Assembly (NCBI GenBank): GCA_964016885.1
Contig: OZ024740.1
Coordinates: 64,170,001 to 64,234,000 of the forward strand
Origin: Eledone cirrhosa
Taxonomy: Eukaryota
Direction of reading: 5' to 3'
DNA length: 64,000 nucleotides
A program made the translations under genes and the position numbers. Shown one piece after another: positions 30,381-43,764 of the stretch. The first letter of the stretch is position 1; every line of letters starts with the position of its first letter. A model generated the notes under the pieces. That model worked only from the letters and a program-made list of their open reading frames with translations. It ran no database searches and was not told the DNA's origin.

Positions 30381-31770
30381 CTTTACCATCTTTGTTTGTT
30401 TACAGCCTCGCTCGTTCCCCTTATTTACGTGTCCCAACGACTTTCTTTAGCCGTTGCTCGCACCAACCGGAGGTATATGGTCTTTAAAGCGATGAAATAC
30501 CAATGATGGTTGGAAGATCACTGATGAAGAACTAACTTTATTCATATGTAACCCATTTGCAACCACTCAGCACGTTTGTTTTCATATTCACATATATATT
30601 TTCCCCCGCTGTGACCCGTCTATTTCGTTCTTACTGCTTCCTCTTTCTCTGTATCTTTACCCTCTCTAACAGTCACTCTCTCTGTTAGCCTCTTCCTCAC
30701 CCTTCACTCACTCACTCTCTGCTACTACCTCTCCTACTTCCTCCCGTTTGACCTGTGCGTAATTCTTTTCTCGCGCACGCTTGACCAGGCTGGTTGTTCC
30801 TTTTTTCTCTCTTGTCTATGATTTCACAGAACTTATGTTCACCGAATTCAGGGACTAGACTCCTTCTTCCTCCCGTTTGGCCTGTGCGGAATTCCTTCCT
30901 TGCTCACTTTTCGACTAGGTTTGATGGACTTTATTCTCTCTCATTCACGATTTCACCGAACTTATATGTATGGAAATCTGGGATTTAACTCTTTCTTCCT
31001 CACTTTTCGTTGCTTTACCAACTTTGATTGTTTACAGTCTCGCTCGTTCCCCTTATTTACGTGCCTCAACGACTTTCTTTAGCCGTTGCTCGCACCAACC
31101 GGAGGTATATGGTCTTTAAAGCGATGAAATACCAATGAAGGTTGGAAGATCACTGATGAAGGACTAACTTTATTCATATGTAACCCATTTGCAACCACGC
31201 ATCATGTTTGTTTTCATATTCATATATATATATATATATATATATATGTTACCATGTGCTACCTGCAGTATTTTTCTCTATATTTTAATACATATATTTA
31301 CCACTGCGATTCTGTGTTTTTTTCTCTCTCTCTTACTGTTCCCCCATTCTCTCTGTTTCTCCCCCTCTGTCTTGTCCGTTAACTCTTCCCCACACTTTCA
31401 CTCACTCACTGTTTTTCTCCCTCTTCTCTTCATTTCATCCTGCACTCACGAACGCTATTTTTTCTCTCTCTGCTCAATGGCCTTCGTTCGTGCTGGTACT
31501 ATTCTCTAAGCGTTCATATATTCACCTAGCTTACGCTAAACAGAATAATTTTTGAAGCTTGTTTCTCCCCCACGGTATGCTATATTTTCTGTTGTTCTCC
31601 TGTCTCACTCGCTTTACGCGTTTTAATTGTCCTAATAACTTATTTTGGTTATTATTGCACCGAAGTGAGATATATGATTTTTAATGCAATGAAATATCTA
31701 TGATCTTCGGCAAATCACTGATGAGGGACGTATTTTATTACATGTTACCATGTGCTACCTGCAGTATTTT

Positions 31771-31780
<10 letters not shown>
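30378..31780. repeat. Complex tandem repeat of unknown family
   Basis: About 220-bp block at 30378 repeated at 31010 (spacing 632), diverged third copy near 31600-31770; internal about 129-bp duplication at 30736/30865. Confidence 0.75.
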
Positions 31781-31802
<22 letters not shown>

Positions 31803-31937
31803 ATATATGTGTGAATTTGTATATATCACTTTGTCCTTAAAAGTATTTATATACGATAGAAATATACAAAACCAACAAACTAATAAAGTGAAGTAAGAAA
31901 TATTAAGAAATATCACTAGTAAGTTCGTATATTTTTA

Positions 31938-31982
<45 letters not shown>

Positions 31983-31998
31983 TATATAATAATAATAA

Positions 31999-34554
31999 TA
32001 ATGGGACACTAAAAAACATAGGCACTAAAAATAGACTGGAAATAAAATACAAAACTAGGAGTAAAAAGCTAAATATTATCATAGAGGAATTGAAGCAACG
32101 CATTGTAGCAAAGAGTGCCAAAATCAGGCGATACGAGAACAGAGTCAGTCAGTATAAACAGAACCGCATGTTCGACAACAACCAGAAGATGCTGTTTGGA
32201 CAGCTTGAGGGGAAAGAAAGAGGCAACGACTTGATCCCTGGGGCGGAACAAGCTAAAACATTCTGGAGAGGAATATGGGAGCAGGATGTTAGACACAATG
32301 CCCAGGCAGGGTGGATTGAGACAGTACAGAGGGAGATCGGTGAGCAGGCACAGCAACAGACTGATTTGAGTATCACAGTTGAAACTCTTAAGGGGCAAGC
32401 CAAAAAACTAACCAACTGGAAATCACCAGGCCCAGATGGTGTGCAGGGGTATTGGATTAAACATTTAACATCCCTCCACCCGAAGCTGACGGCCATGTTC
32501 AATGACTGCTTGGTGTCGGGTGAGGTGCCAGAGTGGTTGACAAAAGGTACCACAGTTCTGATAATGAAAGACCGAATCAAGGGTAATGATGTTACCAACT
32601 ATAGACCTATCACATGTCTGCCCGTAATGTGGAAACTGTTGACGAGCATTGTGTCTGAGGAAATCTACCATCACCTCCACACAAACAACTTGTTGCCGGA
32701 CGAACAGAAAGGATGCCGAAAGAAGTCACGTGGTACAAAGGACCAGTTGCTTATTGATAAGATGGTAATGGGGAATTGCAGGAGGAGACACACTGATCTT
32801 GCCATGGGTTGGATAGACTACAGAAAGGCATTTGACATGGTGCCTCATTCCTGGATCACCAAAAGCCTGGATATCTTCAGGGTGGCAGATAACATCAGAC
32901 AGTTGCTGGGCAGGAGTATGGGGTCCTGGGAGACAGAGTTGACATCAACTGGAGTATCCTTGGGAAGCGTGAAGATCAAGAGAGGTATCTTCCAGGGAGA
33001 TAGCCTGTCCCCTCTGTTGTTTGTCCTTGCCCTGATGCCCTTGACCATTATGCTGCGAAAAGTGAGAGCAGGATACAAGTTGGGAAGGGGAGAGCTTACC
33101 ATCAATCACCTCCTCTTCATGGACGATCTTAAGCTCTTCGGGAAAAGTGAGAAGGAGTTGGATGTGCTTGTTGACACTGTCCGTATTTTCAGCAGTGATA
33201 TATGTATGCAGTTTGGTATTGGTAAATGTGGAGTCATTGTGATGAGGAGGGGTAGGTTGAGCAGAAGTAACGGGATCCAGATACCAACAGGTGAGATGAT
33301 AAAGGAAATTGACTCTGAGGAAGGATACAAGTATTTGGGCGTTCTGGAGGCTGATGGCATAAAGAACAAAAAAATGAAGGAATTGTTAAGAACTGAATAC
33401 ATTCGGAGAGTAAGGAGCGTATTGAAGTCACATCTGAACAGCAGAAATGCCATAAGCGCAGTAAATTCCCGAGCTGTGTCTATTATTAGGTACAGTGCGG
33501 GAATTCTGAGATGGAATGTTGCTGAACAAAAGAAATGGATAGGAAGACTAGGAAGCTATTGACTATCTACAACATGTTCCACAAGAGGAGTGATGTCGAT
33601 AGACTCTACCTAAGGAGATCTGAGGGTGGAAGAGGTCTTATCAGCATAGAGGACTGTGTTCAGATGGAGAAAAACAACCTATACAAATACGTGACCTATA
33701 GTAAGGAGCCAATGCTCAGAGCTGTACTGAAGGAGGGGACAGTAGGCCAGGGGATATCCAAGGAGGAAATAACATCAAGGAGGAAGAGCAGCCTTAAGGG
33801 AAAATCCCTTCATAGTACCTTCTTTGAGAAAACTGAATTTAGAGATCCACAGACATGGAACTGGTTGAGAAGAGGAGACCTCAAAAAGGCTACAGAAGGA
33901 ATGCTAATGGCTGCGCAGGAGCAGGCCCTCAAAACGAAGTGGTTGAAGCACCATATCTACAAGGAGGAGGCTAGCCCACTGTGCAGGATCTGTGGAGAGA
34001 GAGAGGAGACTGTGGCTCACATTGTGTCCGAGTGTAAACACCTAGCCCAGACCCACTATAAGGGCTGGAGACACGATGTGATGGGCAGGGTGATCCACTG
34101 GCACCTGTGCAAAGTAAACAATCTACCACATTCTGAGAAATGGTATGAGCATAGGCCAGAGGCGGTGATGGAGAACAGTCAGGTGAAGGTGCTGTGGGAT
34201 TTTAGGATACAGACGGACAAAAAACTGGAACACAATAGACCTGACCTGGTGGTTGTGGACAAAGAAAAAAGATCGTGCCTGATTGTGGATGTGGCCTGCC
34301 CGTTCGACACGAGAGTGCAAGAGAAGGAGAGGGAGAAAATTAACCGATACCAGGACCTAAAGTGGGAGGTGAAAAGGATTTGGAACTGCCATGAAGTCAA
34401 AGTGATCCCGATTGTCATAGGCGCACTGGGGACTATCTCCAAAGGTTTCCAGGGATGGTTAAAGAAAATCGGCCCCTTCACGCTTTTTGGAACGCTTCAA
34501 AAGGCATGCTTGCTTGGAACGGCAAGAACCCTCCGATACGTCCTGAATATCTGA
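31999..34554 (+). pseudogene. Dong RT-RLE, truncated, one frameshift
   Basis: ORFs 31937-33562 and 33535-34554 are split by loss of one A near 33530 (acaaaagaaatgg versus acaaaaagaaatgg). Confidence 0.92.
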
Positions 34555-34630
34555 GGCTGCAGGTAGTGGCTTGATATTCAATCCAACGGACTTTCCAGTT
34601 AACCAACATCAATGACTGAGATTCAAGGAA
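31999..34630 (+). mobile_element. 5'-truncated copy of the Dong element, in (AAT)n
   Basis: Nearly identical to the reverse complement of 14711-17343; (AAT)n on both sides. Confidence 0.95.
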
Positions 34631-34908
34631 TAACAATAACAATAATAATAATAATAATAATAATGTTTTCTTTATTAACCACAAGGGTTTACATAAAGTA
34701 GACATTAAGGACAATACAGGACAATACAGGACGGTACAAATGGGCATTTCTGCGTGTAAAAAAAACAGAGGATGAAATAAAATAACAAAGAAAAATTCCC
34801 CAATAGGGGGGAGACTTCCGAGGGACATTTGTGGAGAAAGCCCATTAAAAGACCACAGTGGCCCTGACCACCAGGGCAAGTGCCCTCTCCCAGTTTTCCA
34901 CCTTTAAT

Positions 34909-37900
34909 TTACAGACACATACTCAGAGAAGGCCCATTCATTCGGGCCATACTTGCTTCTCTCACCCATCTTTCAACAAAATGCTGGGAAGAGAGCACTT
35001 CCCTCTCTACCCTGATTTTCCTTTTCAGATGAAATTTGAAAAAGTTAATCAGGGCATCACCGAAGAGGTAAGTGCTCGTCTTCAGCCCTTTCAAACGTGT
35101 CCACCATACTATCTCTTTCGCCATGGCCACCAGACAGATAAAAACTGCCTGCCCTTCCTGGCTAAAGGAAGAGGGTGGGGCAATCCTCACGATGGACTAA
35201 GCTGATAGCTGGATCCGTCCTACACGTGACAGCAGGTGTTCGACATAAACCCACAAGTCAGCAATGCTCGGACACTGGACGAGCGCGTGCAGGACGGTTT
35301 CGTCGCCCTGTGCGCATCTCGGACATGCCCGGCCGACGGCACCTCCATATTTGTAAAGTTTATCCCGAACTGGCAAAGCACCCCGGTAGCACTGCCAGGC
35401 CAGGGATTTCTGGAAGTTGTCCATAGGCCCCGGCCCGAAAGTCCTTCCGAAGAGATTGGCTAGTTGATTTTCGTCGACGCCTAGAGTTTCTCCAAGTACG
35501 TCGTCGCTCTTCCCCTCCACTAATCCCCTATAGAACGCCAAAGTGGAGTTTCCACCGATCACATTGCCCGATTGGTCGAGGGCTGTGAGCGCCTGAAGAC
35601 ATTCCAGTCTCCAAGCGCTCCCTCTCGGTCTTCGCTTGACCCAGGACTGCAGCTCCGTCAAGGAGACGAGCTGGGGAAAAACGTGTCTAGCAAACGGCGA
35701 CCACACCTGATCACCGTCGAGGAAGAGGTGGAGATGTCGTAGCCTGAGCGCGTGTCTGCGCATCATCAGCCACGGCATGCCCAGCCCTCCACGTAGCGGG
35801 TGTTGACAGCAGATGGACCGCCTGACCATCGGAGCGCGTCCCTTCCACAAGAAGCGAAAGAGCAAACGCTCCAGCGCAGTCAGGCGGGGCTTAGGACAAG
35901 GTACGACGGTCAGGCGGTAGTAGATGACGGACGCGATGTACGCGTTAGCCACCTCCGCTCGACCTTTCAGGGATAGCTTCCTCTCGGCCCATTTCTGGGT
36001 GAGAGAAGCCACCCTGCTCGTCAACTCGTCCCAGTTTTTGTCCGTCTGGAGGTCTGGACCGAACCAGACCCCTAGCAATTTAACCGGTCCGTCCGTCCAG
36101 CGCCCGACGACGCTGTTGGACGGCATGGACCTGCCTCTCCAGGTGCCGAGCTGCAGGCCCACTGACTTTTCCTGGTTGATCATTGATCCTGTCACCGCTT
36201 CGTATTCTCTTAGTGTAGTGCCGATCGCCTCGATGTGTTTGGCGTTCGACACCACTACGGAGACATCGTCGGCATATGCTGACACGGATCTTCCGCATCC
36301 TAGTTCGCGCGGGACCCCCCTCAACGTCTCCAGTTTGTGCAGTAATGGCTCGAGAGTCAATACGTACAATAGGGATGAGAGGGGACATCCTTGGCGGACC
36401 GAGCGCATGATGTTGAACGGTTCCGAAAGGTGACCGTTCACTCTCACTACAGAGCAGATGTCGCTGCGCATGGCAGCGATCCAGCCTCTGAAGACGGGCT
36501 CAATGCCAGCCGCCCTCAGGACTGCCGCTAGGTAACTATGGTCGACCCTATCGAAGGCTTTCGACTGATCTAAATTGATCAAAGACCCACCCGTGCCAGG
36601 TTCCCTAGCTACCCTCTCTACGATGTATCTCATGAGGTGGAGGTTGTCGTGAATGGATCTGTCGGGAATGGCGCATGTCTGTGCCTCTCCCACCAGACCA
36701 CCAACGACAAGCGCCAACCTCTTTGCTAGCACCTTGGCCAAAATCTTGAACTCTGTGTTTAGCAGAGTTATGGGCCTAAAATGATCTATGTTATCCCCCT
36801 TGTTCGGATCCTTTCTCAGCAGCGCCACCGCTCCTCGGCTCACAGAGCTGGGAATTCTCCCGTTCTGTTGCCAGTTGCAGTAGACGTCCGCCAAGAGGCC
36901 TCCGAACAAGTTTGGCATTTGTACGTAAAGTTCATAGGGCAGACCATCCAAACCAGACGATTTACCCCTTGTGTAACTAGTCATTGCATCCCGTACTTCA
37001 GCGGTTGTTATCGGCTTTTCGCAACACTCCGCCTCAGTGGCCGAAAGCCGCGGCAGTCCGTCGAGGTAGACACTAAAGTCCATCCCTCGATCCGGCCCGC
37101 CACTGCCCCCGAACAGTTGAGCGAAGTGTCGCTGAAAAGCTTCACACATTTGCCCGGGATCGAGTAGCATGGGCCCGTCGTGGTCCACCAAATACCGGAT
37201 CGTGGCTTTGTTGCCACGACGCGCCTCCGCCACTCGGGCCCATTGAACGGCTTTCGTCCCCTCGTGTCTGAGAGCACGCACCCTAGCTCTGACAACGCAG
37301 CCTTCGTGATTTGCATTGAAGAATTGGTAAAGGGCCAATTCCGCCGCAAGTACGTCGGTCGCGATGCCTTTGCTAAGCGCCTCATCTAATTTTCTAACTA
37401 ATTCTCCCTCTGCTCTATTTTTCTCTATTGCTAAAGCCTTACTAAACCGAATACACTCTATTCTAATTGCTCTTTTCAGAGCAAACCACCACTTGTTGTT
37501 GACGATGGCCCCCGTCAACGCCCGCTTAAATAGTTCGCTAATCCGGTCTCTGTAGGCCTTGCGCGCTGGTAAGGACGCGTTTAGCTTCCAGTAGCCGGGT
37601 CCTCGTCTATGAAGCCTATCTAAGTCAAGCACACAGATCACGAATTCGTGGTCCGTGTAGCTGAATATCTTGAATTGTGGACAGCCTATGCTAGACCTAT
37701 CTATTTCCCTACAAAATACTCTATCTAGATATGATCTGGATGACCCTATGAGACTTGTCCAAGTCCACATTGGTACATTCGGGAAATCCATTCGGTAACT
37801 GTCAGACAGTTCAAAACGTCTGAGCAGGTTGGTGAGACTCTTGCACCGTCCTTCCCTATCCACTAATCCCACACAATCCCAGCGTGCATCTAAGATCCCG

Positions 37901-38329
37901 TTCCAGTCGCCCACTAACACTAAAGAGCGGGACGTTCCAAGAAAGGTCTCCAGACGCCGGAAGAAATCAGGCCGCCCTGCTCCTGTCGGGGCATAGACGG
38001 CCACTAACCTGAAAGCTTGCCCGTCTCCGCTGGTCACGTCCAGCACCACCAACTTACCTTCTGGGTCCAGGAAGATGGCCCGTATGGCAAGATCCAAACC
38101 TCTCCGAAAAAGCACAGCAACTCCTCCCCCCCGATCCCGGATGGCTGGGAGATGCGTACACATCGTAGCCGCCGAAGATCGGTGCGAAAGCCTGTGCTTC
38201 GGAGATTCTGGTCTCGCTGATGGCCACTACATCTATGTTTAGTGACCTGAGGTCGTTGAGCAGGTGGCCCTGCTTCCATGACGACCCCAAGCCACGCGCA
38301 TTTATGCTGCCTATTCTGAGTGAGGTCAT
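34909..38329 (-). pseudogene. Tx1 ORF2 (APE endonuclease, RT, CCHC), one frameshift and one premature stop
   Basis: SINARGL, SETR, VYAP, GDWN, YLDRVF, TDH, YWKLN, FRPITLLN, LDQSKAFDRVDH, VRQGCPLS, AYADD, CPRC..ETVLHALVQC; frameshift near 38125; in-frame TAG at 35197-35199. Confidence 0.92.
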
Positions 38330-38363
38330 GTTGAAAAGGAGGGGAAAAGATGGGAAAGACCAC

Positions 38364-40343
38364 TTACCTTACTTCTCGTAGGGGAAGGACGGTTTTTCCA
38401 TCCTTTTCACTGCTTGTGGCCTCCTCAGGAAGGATGTCCTTATAAATCCTCCTGGAGAGTGCTTGTCGGAAGTCACCGATGTCTTTGGGGAATTTTTTTT
38501 TTTTTTTTAGTGTCATGAACGTTTTCTGTGTGATGCGAGTGATTTGTATGTGTGCAGGTGGTGTGAATTTTGGGGCTGTTGTGTAGTCTTTTTCTGTGAT
38601 GCTGGTGTTGTGTTGGATGTAGTGCAATAATTGCTTGTTGTTCAAATTTAATTCTGTGTAGTGTGTATCGTTTTGGTTGTTTTGTTTTGTTTGCGTTTGT
38701 TGTGGGTTTGTTTCTGTTTCGCATTTTGGTGACTTTTGTGGTGTAGTTGATGGTGGTGTTGGGGTTAATGATGGTGATGGTGTTGGTGTTTGGGTTGATG
38801 GGGTTGGTGATGCTGGTGTGGATGGTGGCATATCTGTCCTAACTTTTTTGTTTCTTAATTTATTTGTTTCCCTCTGTATTTTGTTTTTGGAGGGGGAAGA
38901 GAATTTTTTCTTTTTTGGTTTCTTTTTTTTTTTCCGGATATCGTTTCCCACTCCTCGTCGTCACAATCTGTCTCCAGTTGTGATAGGCCGGGGAGTGGAA
39001 AATCCTCCACAGGCGTTAGTTTTGCTTGTGGCGTGGTGGATGGTGTAGGGGCTGGTGCTAGTTCTGAAGTGTTGGGTGGTGGTGGTGTTGGTTTTGCTGG
39101 TAGTGGTAGTGGTGTTGGTTTTGCTACTGTTGCTGGGGTTGTTGCTGTTATAGTTGCTTCTGATGTTGCTGCCATCTCTGCTACTGGTGGTGTTGATGGT
39201 TGTGTCACTGGGGTGGGTAGGAGAGGTGGCCTCAACCTTTTAGCCTGAGGGCAGAAAGCCCTTAGGTGGGTTCCTTCACCACAAACGACACACCTAGGTC
39301 TTCTGCCCTCGAAAATTACCGTGAGGTGGCTGCCCTCAGTGAGGTCTATTATCTCTGGGATCTCCTCAATGCTTTTTTGGTCCGCTTGGATCAGGAGCTC
39401 CATCCCAGATCCGGACCAGTTCTCCTGCTTTTCTTTTGCTATTGCTATTATTTTTGTGTTGGCTTCGATGCCGGCGAGGACGGCCGCTATTAGCCAGGGA
39501 ATTTCGATGGCCGGGGGAACGTGGGTCACCCTGATCTTTACGAGTCTCTGGCCACAATAGCTTGGGACGAGTGTGAAGTCGTCACTTCTTAATGGGGCCA
39601 TGGAGTGTTCTCTAGCCTCCTCTGGTGTTTCAAAGAACACGTCCACGGTTCCATACTTCTGTCTACGTCTGATGTGGGTTTTTCTTGCCCACACATGTCC
39701 CAAAGCTTTTTGGATTTGGGACTCGGATGCCCGTTCCACTCGGCGCGATTTTACATTTATTGTTCGATACGACACGGTGCATAGGCGCCGATGCTCCATT
39801 TTATTAGGTGGGGGGTGAGGCTGACCCTGTACCCATCTTTCTTTACCATTTGTTTGGCATTTTCTAAATCCTCCTGAGTTACCGTAAATGCTTCGAACTG
39901 TTTTGCTACTCTGGCAAAACTGAGGGTGGTTTTTATAATGTCATTGTTGTTGTTGTTGCTATCGTTATTTGTGTTAATATTAATTTTAGTTTCAGTTGTG
40001 GTGGTGGTGATGTCAGTCGTCTTTGGTGGGGAAGAGTCCATTTTGCTTGATTTCATTTCGACATCAGGAGTTAATTTATTTTTTTCTTCTTTTGTTTCTG
40101 TTGTCGCGGTGGTGGTGGGGGTGGTGGTTGTCGCGGTGGTGGTGGTGGTGGAGGCTTTAACACCTGCAGTCATTGGTAATGGCGGGAAATGAATGTCTGC
40201 CTGAGACAAATTTAAAATATTGCTACTGCTTATATTTTTTGTAGTGTTGGCAAACGTAGTAACATTTACAATGGTGGTGTCGGTGTGAGGTGTTAATTTG
40301 TGAGAAAGGCTTTCAGCTGCTTGGTGCAGAGGTGAATTAGCCA
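38364..40343 (-). pseudogene. Tx1 ORF1 (Gag-like with zinc knuckle), two frameshifts
   Basis: Pieces 39757-40404, 38855-39799, 38364-38951; CVVCGEGTHLRAFC knuckle; Pro/Thr- and Lys-rich tails; lies upstream of ORF2. Confidence 0.8.
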
Positions 40344-40585
40344 TTTTTTTCAAAGGAATTTTTTGATAATTATAAAAGTTTAAATTTTGGGCACAAGGCC
40401 CCAATCTTTTTGGGTGTCATTTTCGGAAAACAATGTATGTGCGCTTATATATGGTTAACAATAAAAAATTTCCATAAATGCCAATTTTTAACAAACGGAA
40501 ATAAAAAACCTTTGCGGAGCTCACGATGATACGATTTACAACGTAGGTCGCCAATAATAATAATAATAATAATAAAAATAATAAT

Positions 40586-42998
40586 GCTTTCTTTATTAAC
40601 CACAAGGGTTTACATAAAGTAGACATTAAGGACAGTAGAGGACAATACAGGACGGTACAAATGGGCATTTCTGCGTGTAAAAAACAAAAACAGAGGATGT
40701 AACAAAAAAATAACAATGAAAAATTCCCCAATACGGGGGAGACTTCCGAGGGACATTCGTGGATAAAGCCCATTAAAAAGCCAGTAACCCTGACCACCAG
40801 GGCAAGTGCCCTCTCCCAGTTTTCCACCTTTAATTTACAGAAGACATTCCAATCTCCATGCGCTCCCTCTCGGTCTTCGCTTGACCCAGGACTTCAGGAG
40901 CTGGGGAAAGACGCGTCTAGCAAACGGCGACCACACCTGATCAACGTCGAGGAAGAGGTGGAGATGTCGTAGCCTGAGCGCGTGTCTGCGCATCATCAGC
41001 CACGGCATGCCCAGCCCCCCACGTAGCGGGTGTTGACAGCAGATGGACCTCCTGACCAAAAGAGAAAGAGAAAACGCTCCAGGGCAGTCAGGCGGGGGTT
41101 AGGACAAGGTATGACGGTCAGGCGGTAGTAGCTGACGGACGCGATGTACGCGTTAGCCACCTCCGCTCGACCTTTCAGGGATAGCTTCCTCTCCGTCCAT
41201 TTCTGGGTGAGAGAAGCCACCCTGATCGTCACCTCGTCCCAGTTTTTGTCCGTCTAGAGGTCCGGACCGAACCAGACCCCTAGCAATTTAACCGGTCCGT
41301 CCGTCCAGCGCCCGACGACGCTGTTGGACGGCATGGACCTGCCTCTCCAGGTGCCGAGCTGCAGGCCCACTAACTTTTCCTGGTTCATCATTGCTCCTGT
41401 CACCGCTTCGTATTCTCTTAGTGTAGTGCCGATCGCCTCGATGCGTTTGGCGTTCGACACCACTACGGTGACATCGTCCGCATATGCTGACACGGATCTT
41501 CCGCATCCTAGTTCGCGCGGAACCCCCCTCAACGTCTGGAGAGTCAATACGTACAAGAGGGACGAGAGGGGATATCCTTGGCGGACCGAGCACATGATGT
41601 TGAACGGTTCCAAAAAGTGACCGTTCACTCTCACCACAGCCTTCAGGACTGCCGCTAGGTAACGATGGTCGACCCTATCGAAAGCTTTCGACTGATCTAA
41701 ATTGATCAAGAACCCACCCGTGCCAGGTTCCCTAGCTACCCTCTCCCCAATGTATCGCATGAGGTGGAGGTTGTCGTGGTTGGATCTGTCGGGAATGGCG
41801 CATGTCTCCGCCTCTCCCACCAGACCACCAATGACAAGCGTCAACCTCTTTGCTAGCACCTTGGCCAAAAACTTGAACTCTGTGTTTAGCACAGTTATGG
41901 GACTGAAATTATCTATGTTATCCCCCTTGTTAGGATCCTTTCTCAGCAGCGCCACAGCTCCTCGGCTCACAGAGCTGGGAATTCTCCCGTTCTGTTGCCA
42001 GTTGCAGTAGACGTCCGCCAAGAGGCCTCCGAAAAAATCTGGCATCTGTACGTAAAGTTCATAGGGCAGACCATCCAAACAAGGCGATTTACCCCTTCTG
42101 CAGCCAGTCATTCCTCCCGTACTTCAGCGGCTGTTATCGGCTTTTCGCAACACTCCGCCTCAGTGGCTGAGAGCAGCGGCAGTCCGTCGAGGTAGACACT
42201 AAAGTCCATCCCTCGATCCGGCCCGCCGCTGCCCCCGAACAGCTGAGCGAAGTGTCGCTGAAAAGCTTCACACATTTGCCCGGGATCGAGTAGCATGCGC
42301 CCGTCGTAGTCTACCAAAAACTGGATCGTGGCTTTGTTGCCACGACGCGCCTCCGCCACTCGCGCCCATTGAACGGCTTTTGTCCCCACGTGTCTGAGAG
42401 CACGCATCCTAGCTCTGAAAACGCAGCCTTCGTGCTTTGCATTGAAGAATTGGTCAAGAGCCAATTTCGCCGCAATTACGTCGGTCGCGATGCCTTTGCT
42501 AAGCGCCTCGTCTAATTTTCTAATTAGTTCTCCCCCTGCTCTATTTTTCTCTATGGCTAAAGCCTTACTAAACCTAATGGACTCTATTCTAATCGCTCTT
42601 TTCAGAGCAAACCACCACTTGTTGATGATGGCCCCGTCAACGCTCTCTTAACTAGTTCGCTAATCCGGTTTCTGTAGGCCTTGCGCGCAGGTAAGGACGC
42701 GTTTATAGCTTCGATGCACTCCTGGTTGGTTTGAATTAACATCTCATTGGAGGTGCCGACCCAATCTTCTCGTACTTTTTTTTGTACTTGCAGCACAGTT
42801 GTTTTGTCCTCGATTCCGACGAGGACAAACGTGGCCATTCAAGAAGAGGCCAACCCGGGGGGGGGGGTCAGTTGGACCCTCACAATTTGTTTTGCCCGTA
42901 GTAGGAGGGCACCAACACCATTTGCTCTCTCCTTAGGGTCACTAAGGATTGAGCCTTTGCCTCCTGGGGTGTGGCAAAAAGCACGGCCACGGTGTTAA
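40586..42998 (-). mobile_element. Second Tx1 copy, internally deleted, with divergent ORF1 piece
   Basis: 3' UTR and RT closely match the first copy; deletions at about 40840 and 42705; head-to-tail with the first copy across (AAT)n. Confidence 0.9.
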
Positions 42999-43492
42999 AC
43001 GTCCGAAAGTTAAACGGTTAAATTTGAAAATATTTAATTTATAATATTAGGGTGAAGACTCCAGATTTCAGGATTATTTGCTGGTTATTTATATTTTATT
43101 TTTATAAATTCGATAAGTGTGTTATCATTTCTAAACTTCTGAATTTTATGAGGGTAGTATTTAAAGAATTTAGCTGGCACATAAAGAATGAAATATTATA
43201 CTGCTGATTATTTTCCTAAATTTAAACTTTAACAAAGATACCAACATATTAGATATGTAAAGCTTTTGAAGTACTTATTGTTATCAATATTTAAATAACT
43301 ATTATGTATATAGGTATATATTAATGAGCCAGTATGTTTAAGGTAAATAATAACGACGAAGATAAAAAATAAAGTAAGATAATATATTGAAGCATGTTAA
43401 GGACAAATATACACCTATGTATAACTGGGTGTAAATGTACTAATTATTCTTCAACCAAGATATCAACATATTATTATTAGATACAGGATATA

Positions 43493-43603
43493 TGAGTTCA
43501 AATTCCGCCGAGGTTGACTTTACCTTTCATCCTTACGGGTTCGATAAAATAAAGTACCAGTAATGCACTGTTAATTGCTGGCCTTGTGCCTAAAGTAGAA
43601 ACA
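43493..43603 (+). mobile_element. 5'-truncated SINE with 15-bp TSD inside the Penelope arm
   Basis: attattagatacagg at 43473-43487 and 43604-43618; mirrored copy at about 45877-45986. Confidence 0.88.
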
Positions 43604-43727
43604 ATTATTAGATACAGGGAGGTATATATATAGATATATATTAGGTATTATTAGTGTAGTATACTTTAGGTAAATGATAACAGTTATAATTTTATAAAGT
43701 AGAGTTCAACGTGTTACATCTAAATAC

Positions 43728-43764
<37 letters not shown>

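Larger units (their letters stand above)
34665..40552 (-). mobile_element. Near full-length Tx1/L1-clade non-LTR retrotransposon in (ATT)n
   Basis: ORF1 plus APE-RT-CCHC ORF2; triplet tract at both ends; 3' end AATAAAGAAAAC followed by (ATT)n. Confidence 0.92.

Noticed and set aside
30490-30535. Type II hammerhead (GAAA..CTGATGA)
   Set aside because: Stems I and II cannot be paired in any of the three copies.
31937-32001. Poly-Asn N-terminal domain on the RT ORF
   Set aside because: Chance in-frame fusion of the (AAT)n target to the 5'-truncated Dong copy.
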